A stretch of DNA of 63,736 nucleotides, the filler included, from Reclinomonas americana ATCC 50394 (Eukaryota), in NCBI GenBank assembly GCA_048213135.1. It is 5 parts of 2 records of this genome, joined end to end, with 100 filler letters (N's around TTAATTAATTAA, not from the genome) between each part and the next. Parts side by side here need not be neighbours in the genome. Positions count along the whole stretch, not along the records: positions 43,846 to 60,054 come from PS015142.1; 4 more parts are not named here. The stretch is one strand, 5' to 3'. Shown here in pieces: positions 48,695 to 60,154 of the stretch. Position numbers and translations under genes: made by a program. Below the pieces are notes generated by a model. The model was not told where the DNA came from and made no database searches. It worked only from the letters and a program-made list of their open reading frames with translations. Each line of letters begins with the position of its first letter. The first letter of the stretch is position 1.

Positions 48695-50881
48695 ATGAGC
48701 AAAGCTGCGCGCATCATTGGCGTCATCTGCCTGGTGCTCACTGCGGGCGCTGTTGCCTCGTGCATCCTCGCGCTCAAGTCGTGGCACTGGATGTTGCGTG
48801 CACAGTGATGCATTCCTCACTTGCGCACTCACTCTCTCTTACTCTTCTCTGCGTTGCTTTCTGCATGATCAGCAAAGCCGACTGCAAGCCTGCGTATTAC
48901 TACGAGATTGGCCTGCGCAATGGGTGCGTGTCACACACAACACACACAGAGAGAAAGAAGCAGACAGTGTGTGTGCGTGAGTGAAGAAACTCCGGCTTAA
49001 CACTGTGCATGTGTGTGTGTGCAGATGGTTGTGCACCAACTACGATGACTCTGTCAACGGCCCTGTGTGTTACACGTCGAGTCTGGGTGACTTGGATGTG
49101 AATCGCACGGTGACGTCGCCGTCCGACTTGTAAACTGCTCCCTCCTCTGTCTGCCATTTCTCACATATCGAAAAAATTGTTAGACTCTTGGTGTGGGTGC
49201 CGCTGGAACCGCCGTTATTTGCCTGCTTTTTATCCTGCTCATTGTGTATGTCGTGCGGCCGACGAGCAAGGCGTTGAAGTGGATTTGTGTGGTTTGTTTT
49301 TTTCTGTATTCGACTGTTTTCCATGTCGGGAAGAGCACTGATGTGTTGCGCTGCACACAGGTCACTGCATTTGTGGCCTTTGCGGTGAGTCTTTATGTGC
49401 GCGCCTTGTCCAAGTTCAACAGGTCGATCCTCACTGTGTTGCATGCGAGCAGCTCTGCTTGGCGGCTGTGGCGTACTTTACCAGCAAGAACAAGCTGGAA
49501 GCGTGCACGGTCGGCACCGGCAAGGCAGTTGCGCTCATTCACTCCCCCTTTCATTACTGCACACCTGTTGGCTTATCGCGTTGGTTGCACAGGCTTGGGA
49601 CTGGGGCTTCATTATCTTCTGGTGACGTGCTTTGCCTCGCGCGATCGACTTGATGCGTGCGCGCAACGACTGAATTGTGGTCCTTCTCCCCGTCTCGCAG
49701 GCTCGGCGTGTGGCTCCTGTTTGCAGTGGTCATTCTCCTTGTGGTGGCCACCCAATGTGGCGGTGGCGAACGGCGAACGGCGACCGGTTCCGGTACCGGT
49801 GGTCTCCTGAGTCCATCGGCGGTGAATTATTCGATCGACACCGATGTGGAAACCGGTGAGCAATACACGCCTGCCAACGACCGCACTCCGAAGAAGACGA
49901 CCCCGGCGCCGGCGCCGACGCCGACGCCTGGCCATGCCCCTGCTCCGCTGCCGGGCAGCCCCCAGCATGATCGCCACCCGGCACCCGCTACCGCTCCGCT
50001 GCCGGGCAGCCCCCAGCATGATCGCCACCCGGCACCAGCAGCGGTACCGACGCCTGCGCACGACCCCGACGTCATTTCGCCGGCGCGCCCGCCCCGCAAG
50101 GCCAACAACAAGGCCGGCGTCGACTACATGGACCTCGCCGGCCGCTTGCCGTGGCACAAGAATGCTGCCGATCAGGCGAAGCGCCAGCAGATGTTTACGC
50201 GCTTCGATCCGAATGGCAACGGCCATTTGTCGTACTCGGAACTCGAGGTACGCTACATTCTCGCTCTGGCGGCAGTGCGCGGAGGCCTGCCTCTCTCACA
50301 CTCTTCCTTGTTGTGCGCAGGCGGGCATGCGTGCATACTGGCAGCTGACGCAGGACCAGGCGGAGATCCTCAAGCCGGCCATCATGAGATCCTACAATGT
50401 CTCCAAGGATGCCGTCAAGGCGAAAGGCCCTGCGCGAGCGGGCGGGCTTAACCGCGACGACTACGTGCAGAAGCCCGAGTTCCGTTTGTTCCTGGTGGCG
50501 CTGCAGCAGAACCTCGAGCTGTACGACGTTGCGTTGGGCCGGCAAAAAGTATTCGGGCATGTTGCTGGTGGTGCTGACTGTGACTCACACAGATGTTTGA
50601 TCGTGTGGACTCGGGCGACGATGGTCGCATCGACTATGCCGAGTTCCAGCGCATGTTGCCGCAACTGAGCAAGTGGGGCTACAGCACCAGCGATCCTCGT
50701 GCCGCGTTTGCTGAGATTGATCGCAACGGCGGTGGAAGCATCATGTTCCAGGAGGTGAGTAGAAGAGTTGAGTGTGTATGTGAGAGTGTGCGTGTTCTCA
50801 TGTGGACAATGTGCATCGCAGTTTGCCACCTGGGCCACGGCCCAGCACCTCAGCGTGGACGACGATCCCTCAGCTGAATAA
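48695..50881 (+). CDS. Four-TM claudin/PMP22-like membrane domain fused to a calflagin/FCaBP-type EF-hand domain
   Basis: Phase-compatible splicing gives four hydrophobic helices, a Pro-rich linker, then RQQMFTRFDPNGNGHLSYSE...DDYVQKPEFRLFL...MFDRVDSGDDGRIDYAEF...LSKWG...DPRAAFAEIDRNGGGSIMFQEFATWA, collinear with trypanosome flagellar calcium-binding protein. Confidence 0.8.
49938..50037 (+). repeat. 45-nt in-frame tandem duplication (APLPGSPQHDRHPAP x2)
   Basis: GCTCCGCTGCCGGGCAGCCCCCAGCATGATCGCCACCCGGCACC occurs twice at 45-nt spacing. Confidence 0.9.
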
Positions 50882-51050
50882 GCTGTGTTTTGTGTGACGC
50901 CGGCGAGCGCCGAGCGATTTTTGAGTATGCATTAAAAAGTGTGTTTGACACGATCGCAACCCAACATGCTCCTGCGGTGTTTATCAATGTGCGTGTAGCG
51001 AGGGCGTGTGGGGAAAGGGGAGAGAGGGAAGGGAGGGGATGGAAAGAGAG

Positions 51051-53425
51051 TTACTCCTGCACCTCCTCGGGAGACAGGTCGAAGCGGCTGTCCTTGGGCA
51101 GCAGGCGCAGCACCAAGCCGTCGTCCTTTTCCAGCGGCGAACCCTGCACATCAGCGTGAGTGAGAGATGAGTGAGGCGGTGAAAAACGGGTGTGCGAGGA
51201 ACGCACATTGAGGTTGCACGAGAGGTGCACGCCGACGTAGAATCCGTGATCTGTGTCGACGACGCGTCATGAAATCAATTAGGCGAGAGTGAATGGACGA
51301 CGATGGTGTGTGCGTGCACTCACCGGCAGTGGACAGGTTGACCTCTGGCGTTAGGCACAAGAGCAATGGTGAGACGAAGAAGAAGAAGCAAAGATAAACC
51401 ATGACAACAGTGATTACGCACGAGGTCCGCAATCCTGCGTGGTATTCAAGTGAGTTACACAGCACGACGGCAATAAACAAGCAATGCACAGCATCAACAC
51501 TAACCTCCGTCGGCTGGCACACCTTGTACTCGGTGTTGTCCTGCTCGGGTGGACGAAACGAAGGTGAGTATGGATGGCGGAGCGCAAATAAATGGTGCAG
51601 CCCACGAACCTCGTTGTACCACACTTCGGTCGGCACATGCTCAAAGTGCAGGTAGGACGGTGGCAGCTGTTTACAGAGACGGTGAGTACCAGATGGTGCA
51701 TGCCGATCGCAGAGGGCGGACGACTCACATCCGGCACCACGTCGTGGTTGCTGTGCGCGTGCATGTGTGAGCACTGCCGCAAGAGGGAGACAGAAAGGGA
51801 GACTGTGCAAACGCAACTGCACGACACGCCACGAGCGACCCAGCGGGACCTCGCTGACAAAGAACGGGTAGAAGGAGTTGTCGGCGCCAACACGCGGAGC
51901 ACCGAACGTGTACAGCATGATGCGGTTCGGCTGTGGTGTGGTATGTACAAAAGAATCAGTGCACCACGTACATGTGCACACACACACACACACATTCGCA
52001 CGCACGTTAATGCCCATGCGGTAGGTCAGGTCGACGGCGCAAATGGTCGCCTGCGCACCGCCCAGCGAGTGTCTGCGCGAGCACAGGGGTTTTCTTCAGT
52101 GGCCGCTCACAGCACACCACAAACACAAGCACGGGGCACCCCGCACCCGACAATCATGATGTTGGCGTTGGGGTGCGTGGCATTGTGGCGATCGAAATCA
52201 ACCTTCCAGTCGTCGCGGCACACCTCGTACGAGCGCAGGAACCCCGCATGCACCGTCACACCCTGTTCACACACACACACACGGCCGTCATATGGAGAAG
52301 CGGAGAAGGAGACGCAGCACAGGCGGCACCGCACAAACCGTGTCCCACAGCTTCGTCTTGATGAACTGCACACAGCCAGCCACAAGGCGTCAGAGAAAAA
52401 CGCGACGCCGAGTGAAGGGATGAGAGGTGCACGCAACGTCAATGTTGGTGATCCAGTCAGCGACATCATCGGTGCCACTGATCGTCGTGTTGTGTTGTGA
52501 ATGCTGTGAGGGAGAAAGCACGAGAGCGCAATAACAACAACATGAACCCACGCACCGGAACACAATCATGATGGTGTTGCGAGAGGCGTCGTAGGCCACG
52601 AATCCAAAGCTGGAGTAGATTGCCGACTTTTTCTCAAACACCACCGCCTCGGAGACTCCAGGCACCGCCTTGCACGCCGTTCTGAGGGAACATAAGCGAG
52701 AGGTCAGCACTCAGTCTCTCTCTCCATACTGCAGAAGGCAAAGGAGCAGAAGAAGACGAAGAAGACGAAAGAAGAACGAGAAAAATAACAAGGAGGAGGA
52801 GGAGGAGTAGGAGGAGGAGGAGGAGGAGGAGGAGGGAAGAAGGAGAACAAGAACAAGAAAAACATCAAGAAGGAGGAGGAGTAGAAGAAGAAGGACGACG
52901 ACGACGACGAGGAGGAGGAGGAGGAGGAGGAGGTGGAGGAGAAGACGAAGAAGAAGAAGAAGAAGAAGAAGAACAAGGAGGAGGAGGAGAACTCTTCCTC
53001 AATCTCTCTCATGATCTCCTTTCATCCATTTCTCAGTCGGAACTCACCCCGACCAACTCTCAATCGTGTCCTTGTTGCACATGCAGCACGAGGAGAGGTA
53101 GGCGCCGATCTTGGCCTCGGCGGGGTTGTAGGCGTCAGCGAAAACATGACCTGCTTGCGCACAATTAGACAGTGAGACAGAGAACCTCGGAATCCCGCCA
53201 CCCACTCACCCACTCTTGCACTCTATCTCTCTCACGCACACACACACACACTGTGACACACACACGCACACTCTCTGCATGACACTCTCTCTCTCTCTCT
53301 CTCTCTCTTCTTTTCAGTCTTTGCCCTATCTCTCTCTCTTTCTTTTGTCACGCACCCTGCACCGCCACTGACATCATCAGTGTTGCCACAATCGCCACCA
53401 CAAGCACCACAACACGCGCAGTCAT
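51051..53425 (-). CDS. Secreted class 3 triacylglycerol lipase
   Basis: Signal peptide MTARVVVLVVAIVATLMMSVAVQG, then FGFVAYD...IMIVF, GTDDVADWITNI, VHAGFLRSY, GHSLGGA nucleophile elbow (split by an intron), YTFGAPRVG, RVVHNHDVVP and FEHVPTEVWY. Confidence 0.92.
52730..53010. repeat. (GAA/GGA/GAC)n purine-rich trinucleotide tract inside a lipase intron
   Basis: Imperfect GGA, GAA and GAC runs enlarge this intron to ~360 nt. Confidence 0.85.
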
Positions 53426-53522
53426 GGCAGAAAAAAACAAGTGAGTGAGTGAGAAGAGAGTGAAATTTCATCCGATTTCGCACGTGCACTCCGGACAAAA
53501 AACACTTTGTTTCTCGGCCACC

Positions 53523-56500
53523 ATGGGCAGTGGTTGCAGCAAGACAGCCGCGTCCTCGGCAGTCGCTGCTGTCGCGCCTCTACCTCGTAATATGGTATAC
53601 AACAGAAAAATCGCTCATACAGTTGTCAAGAAAGCAGATGACTGTTACTCATCATTCTCGTGTAGTCGATGGAGGACGAGTCGTTTGTGCCTGTGGCGCC
53701 ACGTGCGACTGGCGCGAGCACGGCTGTGACGACAGTGGACATGCCGTTGGCGCCAAGCGAGCAGGCGGATGAGGCAGTGGTCCGTCTGTCGTGTGTGTCG
53801 CTTGTCGTTGGTCACCCCGCTGCTCACTCCATCTCATGTGCCATGCAGTCACCACTGGCACTGGCGGTGCCTGGGCCACCACCATCACGGCCGCGATCGG
53901 TGTCGTCTGCGGGACGGCGAGTGGTGGTCGCGGCCTCGGCCACTCACGATCCGTCGGGGACGACCGTGATGCGGAGGCCGCAGAGCTCGCGATCGGCTGC
54001 GCCACCGGCGTTGAATGGGGAGAAGACGAAGGGCGTGGGACTCAGTGCGCTCGATGCCAGCTCGGTGTCGTCGCTCAGTTGCGTCGTTTGGAGCGGACGA
54101 GACAAGTGTGGGCGGCCACGATCTTCTGATGCTGCTGGCTGTGTGTGGTGCAGACATTCCTGGGCTGGGCGAGTTGACGGGTCATGCGGCAGTGGAGGCG
54201 CCGGCATTGTTTCTGTATCCAACGTGGGAGGCCATTCGTCAGCACTGCCTGCAGCAGCTGCGAGGTTGCGTTTGTGTGCGGCAGGCACGAGAGCTTGGTT
54301 TGTCGTTCTTACGCCTGTGAGTGCACTTGCAGAGGCGCGACGATCGGTGCGTATCGTGGTTTTGCATGGAGATTCTGGTTGTGGCAAGGCCACCATTGTA
54401 CGCACGTTGGCGCGCGATGTGGCACACATTGGGGCGTCGCTGCAGCCGAGTGTTCCGCCAGCAGTCACTTTCTTCAGGTGCCAGCCGGCGTTGGAATTCC
54501 AGGTTTGACGGCCTACTGCGCAGGGTTTGCCACTGCGATGCCGTGTCTCATCTGGGCTGTCGCACAGATCGTCAATGAGTCGCTGCATCTGTTGGCGCTG
54601 TTGAATCCGTTCCGTGCACACCACTTGCGCGAGTCGACCGAGGACGCCATTCGTGATGCCATTCACGCGCACTTGTATGGACCGTCGGAGCAAGGTAGCG
54701 ACGCGTTCGCTGCCAGGCACTGCTGTGTGGATACTCATCCTTTGTGTGTGTGCATGTGACATGCAGAGATTGTGCTGACCGTCCTTGGTGTGTCCAAGGT
54801 GGCGGACTTGGCCGGCATCCTTCCGCGCACCTTGTCGTCGACCATGAATTCGCACACCGTCACTATCTTTGTCACCACGTCGGCGGTGGAGGAACTGCGA
54901 GAGGATCTGCGCAGCATTGACTTTGCCGCCACCGTGTCCATGCTCGAGGTGCCGTCATTGTTAACTGATGGCGATCGCGAAGCGTATGTGGCGCACCAGG
55001 AGACTGTCGGTGGACTGTCATTAGCGACGCCCGAGCAGCGGCAGGTGTTGTGCGACCTGCAAGTGGATGCCGAGTCGGATCTGCAGAGTTCCACGCAGAG
55101 CACCATCTCCAGTGTGGCGCCGCTCCCCGACGATCAGCCGAGTGACGTGCGACTGGCTGTGCGCTTTGTGACGGCCTTCTCCGCCATTAGCCGATGCAAA
55201 CAGATGCCAAAACCACGCGTGTTGACCCGCCTATTGTCACCGTGGACCACCTTCGGCTTTGATTCGTGCTTTGTTCGGTTGGAATCGGCCGAGCGTCGCA
55301 TTCTGGTGGCGTTGGCCGCCGCCGCTGGCTTGCCACTGCTCGGCGTGCGCAGTTTGCATGCTCTTGCATCGCACACCCCGGATCCCACCGAGCCTCTCGC
55401 GCTACCGGCGGTCGATTACTTGACCTGCTTGAAGCGGCTGGTGTGTGTGTTGATGTTCATGTACGCATGCACATGTCTCGTCGCTGACACTGCAGTGGTG
55501 GTGTGCGCAGGCTGTCGAGCGATTGGTGGAGTCGCATGTGCTTCCGCGCGATGAGTACCCGGTAGGTTCCGATGAGGAGGATGCCGCACTATTGCGGCTA
55601 GCCGACGAAGAGAGTGATGAGGTAGGTGAATGGTGCGCAGCAGGTCGAGAACGAGACAACTGATTCGTGTGCAACGGCTGCAGCTCGACACCGACCACGA
55701 CGCCGACAGCAATGTCGGAGATTTTGTGCCAGCTGAGCGGCGATCGCTGGTGGGATTCGCCTTGCATCCCATGTTGGTGGACTATGTGCAGCGACGATTT
55801 GTGGAGGCGTTTGATATAGTTGCGCACCGGTGATGTCTCTCGGGCAGTTGCGAAGCGCGCTGCTGCTTACTCGCATGAGCAGTCTCGATGTGAACTGGCA
55901 ATGCTGATGATCGAGTGGGCTGTGCGGCTGGTTGAAGGCGGACTGGAGACGCACGCACGTCGTCGTGCGCTCTTTGCTCGTCATCTTGACGGATTGTGGC
56001 GAATCTTGGCGGGTTCGCACCACCCTTTCTACCTACGGATCATCGCTGGCACTCATCGTCACATTTGCGCAGAGCTGGATCCGCGATCCATGTCGAGTGA
56101 ACGGTGGGCGCGCGCCATGTGGACGTTCCGGCTGGTGTCGGCGTGGAATCTGGAGAGACATCGTCCGCTGGCGCTGTGCTTCCGGCAGGTATGTGTTCGA
56201 ATCCTCGACCCCGACGACGAAGACGGACAGGCTCTCGTGCCGAGACGTAGCAATGTGATGGCTGACGAGGTGCGCTGTGTGTGAACAAGCGTGTAGCAAT
56301 TCTCTATTTTGAAGGGCTTGTCAATTGACGTGTCACGTTGATGATCGCAGCTGGAGGACCGACGGTGGTGGCTGTTGCGCGAGTGGGGATTGCTGGCGCG
56401 GAATCTGGGACTGAATGAGGAGGCGCGGCGAGTGCTGGCCAACTGTGTGCGAATTCAAGTGGGTGCGCTGGGCAACCGTGATGTGGAAACATTGAGAAGT

Positions 56501-59500
56501 AGGCATTTCCTGGCGGGTTCACTCGCCGCCTGTGGGCATCTGCCAGAGGCACTTGAGGTGCGTAGCGTGGCGTTGTGCACGTGCTGGTAGCAACACACCA
56601 TAGCCTGCTCACGCGTACGGTCGTTTTCCGATGCGCGATGCAGGAGTATAAGCAGTGCATGGCGGGTCGGGAACAGGTTCTCGGGGAGAAGCATGAAGAC
56701 ACGGTGGCGACGTTGCACTGCATCGCCACGACGCTACAGAAACTGCGGCGATCCCCCGAGGCTGAGGCGCTCTTCCGTCGCTGCCTGAGCTCGTGTGTGG
56801 AACGATTTGGTGAGCGCCACCCGGACTCACTCATCACAATGTCGAATCTGGCGGAGACTCTGTGGGCGCAATCCAAGTTTCGTTGCACACGTGCGCTGGC
56901 ACAGACGCGCATATCAGCTTGGTTGTTTCTCACACGCCGCTGCGCAGATTTGAGGAGGCCGAACCGGTGCTGCGCAAGGCAGTTGCACTGCAGTCGGAAG
57001 TGCTGGGAGGTGAGCGCACGCTGAGAGTTTGCAGTCTCCTTATTGGTGCTCACTCGCTCGGTCCTCGTGTCAGCCACGCACCCGCAAACTCTCCGCACCA
57101 AGCACAACTTTGCCTCCACACTGCAGGCGTTGAGCATGTTCATCGAGGCCGCTGTCGTGTATCAGGACTGCTTCGAGGCGCAGCAGCAACTGTACGCGCC
57201 AGACCACACCAGTGTGCTGTTGACACGTCACAATCTCGCAGCTGTGCTGGCGGAACTCGGTTCGTCTCTTCTTGGTGATCATCCATGCAGGCTGGGTGAC
57301 TGTTGCCAACACTCTTGCTTTCTACGCAGGCCGCTACAGTGAGGCCATTGTGCTGCAGTGCCAGTCGCTCAAGACGCTGGTGGACAAGAACGGCCCCGAC
57401 GACCCATTCACCGTGCGCTGTCGTGTTAGCTTGGCCAACACGTTTCTGGCCAACAACGAGCCGGCGTCGGCGGAGACACACTTGCGGTGAGTGCATCTTT
57501 CACCACACGTCGATGTCGGGGTGATATGTGGAGCAGAAAAGTGATTCTCTTTTTTTATTGTCGTTGCAGAGAGACTCTTGCTTCACAAATACGGACGCTG
57601 GGTCGGACCCACGAGGAGACATTGCACACCATGGAGTCATTAGCGCTGGCGTTGGAGGCACAAGGCCGACACGTGGAAGTCGAGCAGACGGAACGGGAGG
57701 TCCTCCAGATGCGGTGCGTAAAGCAGTGCGTAGGTTACGGTGATGTGAAGCTGACCCCACCAACCTGCAGACGGGACGCTCTCGGACCGGAGCATGTGCT
57801 CACGTTGCAGACCATGTTCACCTATGCCCTGGTGCTCAACGAGTTGGGTCGACACGATGAGGCAGTGGAGCAGCTCAAGGTGTTGTTGTGCACGAGCGCT
57901 GGACACGGTCTCGGCATGTTTATCTTACCATGTTGATGGTGGCAGGAATGCTTGGACTCGCGGAGAAAGCTGCACGGCCCGTCGCACGACCTGACCACCA
58001 TGACGGAAAATGCACTCAACGCACTCTACGTGCAACTCGGACGCGGCCCCGGTGCCGTGGAGAGTCTGACGGCGGCGTACAACGAGCGGCAACAGAGATT
58101 AGGCGAAGACCACCCAGACACTGTACAGGCGCTGGGGTGAGAGCAGCATGATTTTGCGTCTCTCTCTCTGCATCGCGTGATGACTGAGTCTCTCTTCTGC
58201 AGCGATCTGTGCCGCGTGCTCTGCATTCAGAAAAAGTTCAAGGAGGTGCGACCGCTGTTGGAGACGTACGCACGACAGGCGACGCGAGTGTATGGCGACG
58301 ATGCCGCGCAAACGCTCGGAGCCCTACACTCGCTCGGTGTCACGCAGCATTCGCTGGCCGAGCCGCAGGCCGCTGAGCGGAATCTGCGCAAATGTCTCGA
58401 GGTGACGCCAACTGGTTGATTTCTTTTGATGTCGCTCGTGATGCTTAGACGTTTGTCTTCTTGCTTCTTTTGCAGGCGCGTCTCCGCCTGCTCCCACCGC
58501 GCGATCCAAGTCTGCTCGACACGCAGTTTGCACTGGCCTCTGTGCTGCAGGCGCTGAACAAGCTGAAGGAGGCCGAGACGCTGCATCGTCAGTGCCACGA
58601 AGGTATTCTGCTCACACACACACACACAACATGCACCGTGCCCTGCTGAGCCCGCTCGCTCATGTGTGCCTGCGCCGATAGCGCGAAGCGAGACTCTGGG
58701 CGACGCTCATCCGGATACACTCGCCGTACTGCACCAGCTGGCCGTCAACTTGGATGCACAAGGTCGGTTCGCGGAGGTCGAAACACTGGAGCGACAACTC
58801 TTGAAACACCGTTGCGAGCTGCTGGGACCCAAGGTCTGTGCAGTTGTGGCATCAGTTGATCGCTCCTGCTTTCTCACACATGCGGCGCCACAGCATCCGC
58901 ACACGCTGACGACCATGCATTTCCTGGCGCTCACACTGCGCTCACTCGGGCGCAACCAAGAGGCCATTGAGTTGGCCGAGGCGTGTCTGGTTGCGCGCCT
59001 GGAGCTGGTGGCGGAAGGCATACTTATTGAGGAGGACACCATGGAAACGCGATCGCTTCTGGCGCAAATGTACGAGAGCACGGCCAACTATGGCCGTGCA
59101 CGAGATCTCTATCAGGTGCGCATTTTGTGCTTCTCGTGTGCGCGTGATCGCGTCGTCAGTCTCCAACATGGTTGTGTGCGCACACACAGGTGCTGCTGCA
59201 ACACGCCGAAAAGACAGGTCCGACCGAGGGTGCCGAGGTGCTGCGCATTCGGTCCACGTTGGCTCGCCTGCACGGCCTGTTGGGTGCGCTGGCCGAGTGT
59301 GAGGCGCAGCAGCTCGCGTGCGTGGCCATTATGGAGCGCGAGATGGGCAAGGATCATCCCACGACCCTGAGCACCATGTGCGACCTGGCCACGACTCGGC
59401 GCAAGCTGGGGCGACCGTCCGAGGCCCGTGTGCTGCTGGAAGACCTCGTCGTGCGACGTATTCGAGTGCTCGGCGAAAGCAATCGCCTCACGCTGCAGGC

Positions 59501-60054
59501 GCAGCACGAGCTCGGCCTGTGCATCTTTGCGGAGGGCAAGCACGCCGAGGTCAGCCACGCGAATCGTCTTCTTTGATGTGTGTGTGTGTGTGTGTGTGTG
59601 TGTCACTGGTCACTCACTGCGTTGGCAGGCGGAGACCGTGCTGCGTCAAGTGCTGACACAGCGCAAGCGCCAGTTCCAGCCAACCGATCCCGATGTGTTG
59701 GCCTCACGACACGCACTCTCCGAGTGCTTGCTCATCACGGGTCGACTGGGCGAGGGCGTGCGTGAGTGCCGTGAATGTGTCGAAGACCGCATCCGAATTC
59801 TCGGACCAACGTTGCGTGCTTGCCATTCGTGATCGCCATTCTTCTGCGTGCTGCCGGTTGCTCACGAGCTTGTGCCATGGCGTAGACATCCGGATGCAGT
59901 GGAGACGCAGCTGGTGCTCATGCAGATTCTGCAAAAGCAGGGCCGACACCGTGAGGTCGAGCGTGTCGGTCGCGAACTGCTCGACAAGAATCCGCAAGGC
60001 GAACAAGGCAGGCTGCTCTGTCTGTTTGTCTGCGTGCGCGCAACACCACTAACT
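53523..60054 (+). CDS. N-acylated P-loop (STAND-like) protein with long kinesin-light-chain-type TPR array, NPHP3-like architecture (3' incomplete)
   Basis: Starts MGSGCSK. Walker A-like VVLHGDSGCGKAT. Many ~42-aa repeats of type LGxxHPDTL (LGEKHEDTV, FGERHPDSL, LGEDHPDTV, LGDAHPDTL, MGKDHPTTL) from ~56400 to 60000. Confidence 0.8.
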
Positions 60055-60154
60055 NNNNNNNNNNNNNNNNNNNNNNNNNNNNNNNNNNNNNNNNNNNNTT
60101 AATTAATTAANNNNNNNNNNNNNNNNNNNNNNNNNNNNNNNNNNNNNNNNNNNN

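Noticed and set aside
56400-60000. CRISPR-like or DNA-level repeat array
   Set aside because: The periodicity is at protein level (TPR units) with no identical nucleotide repeats or spacers. The context is eukaryotic with no cas genes.
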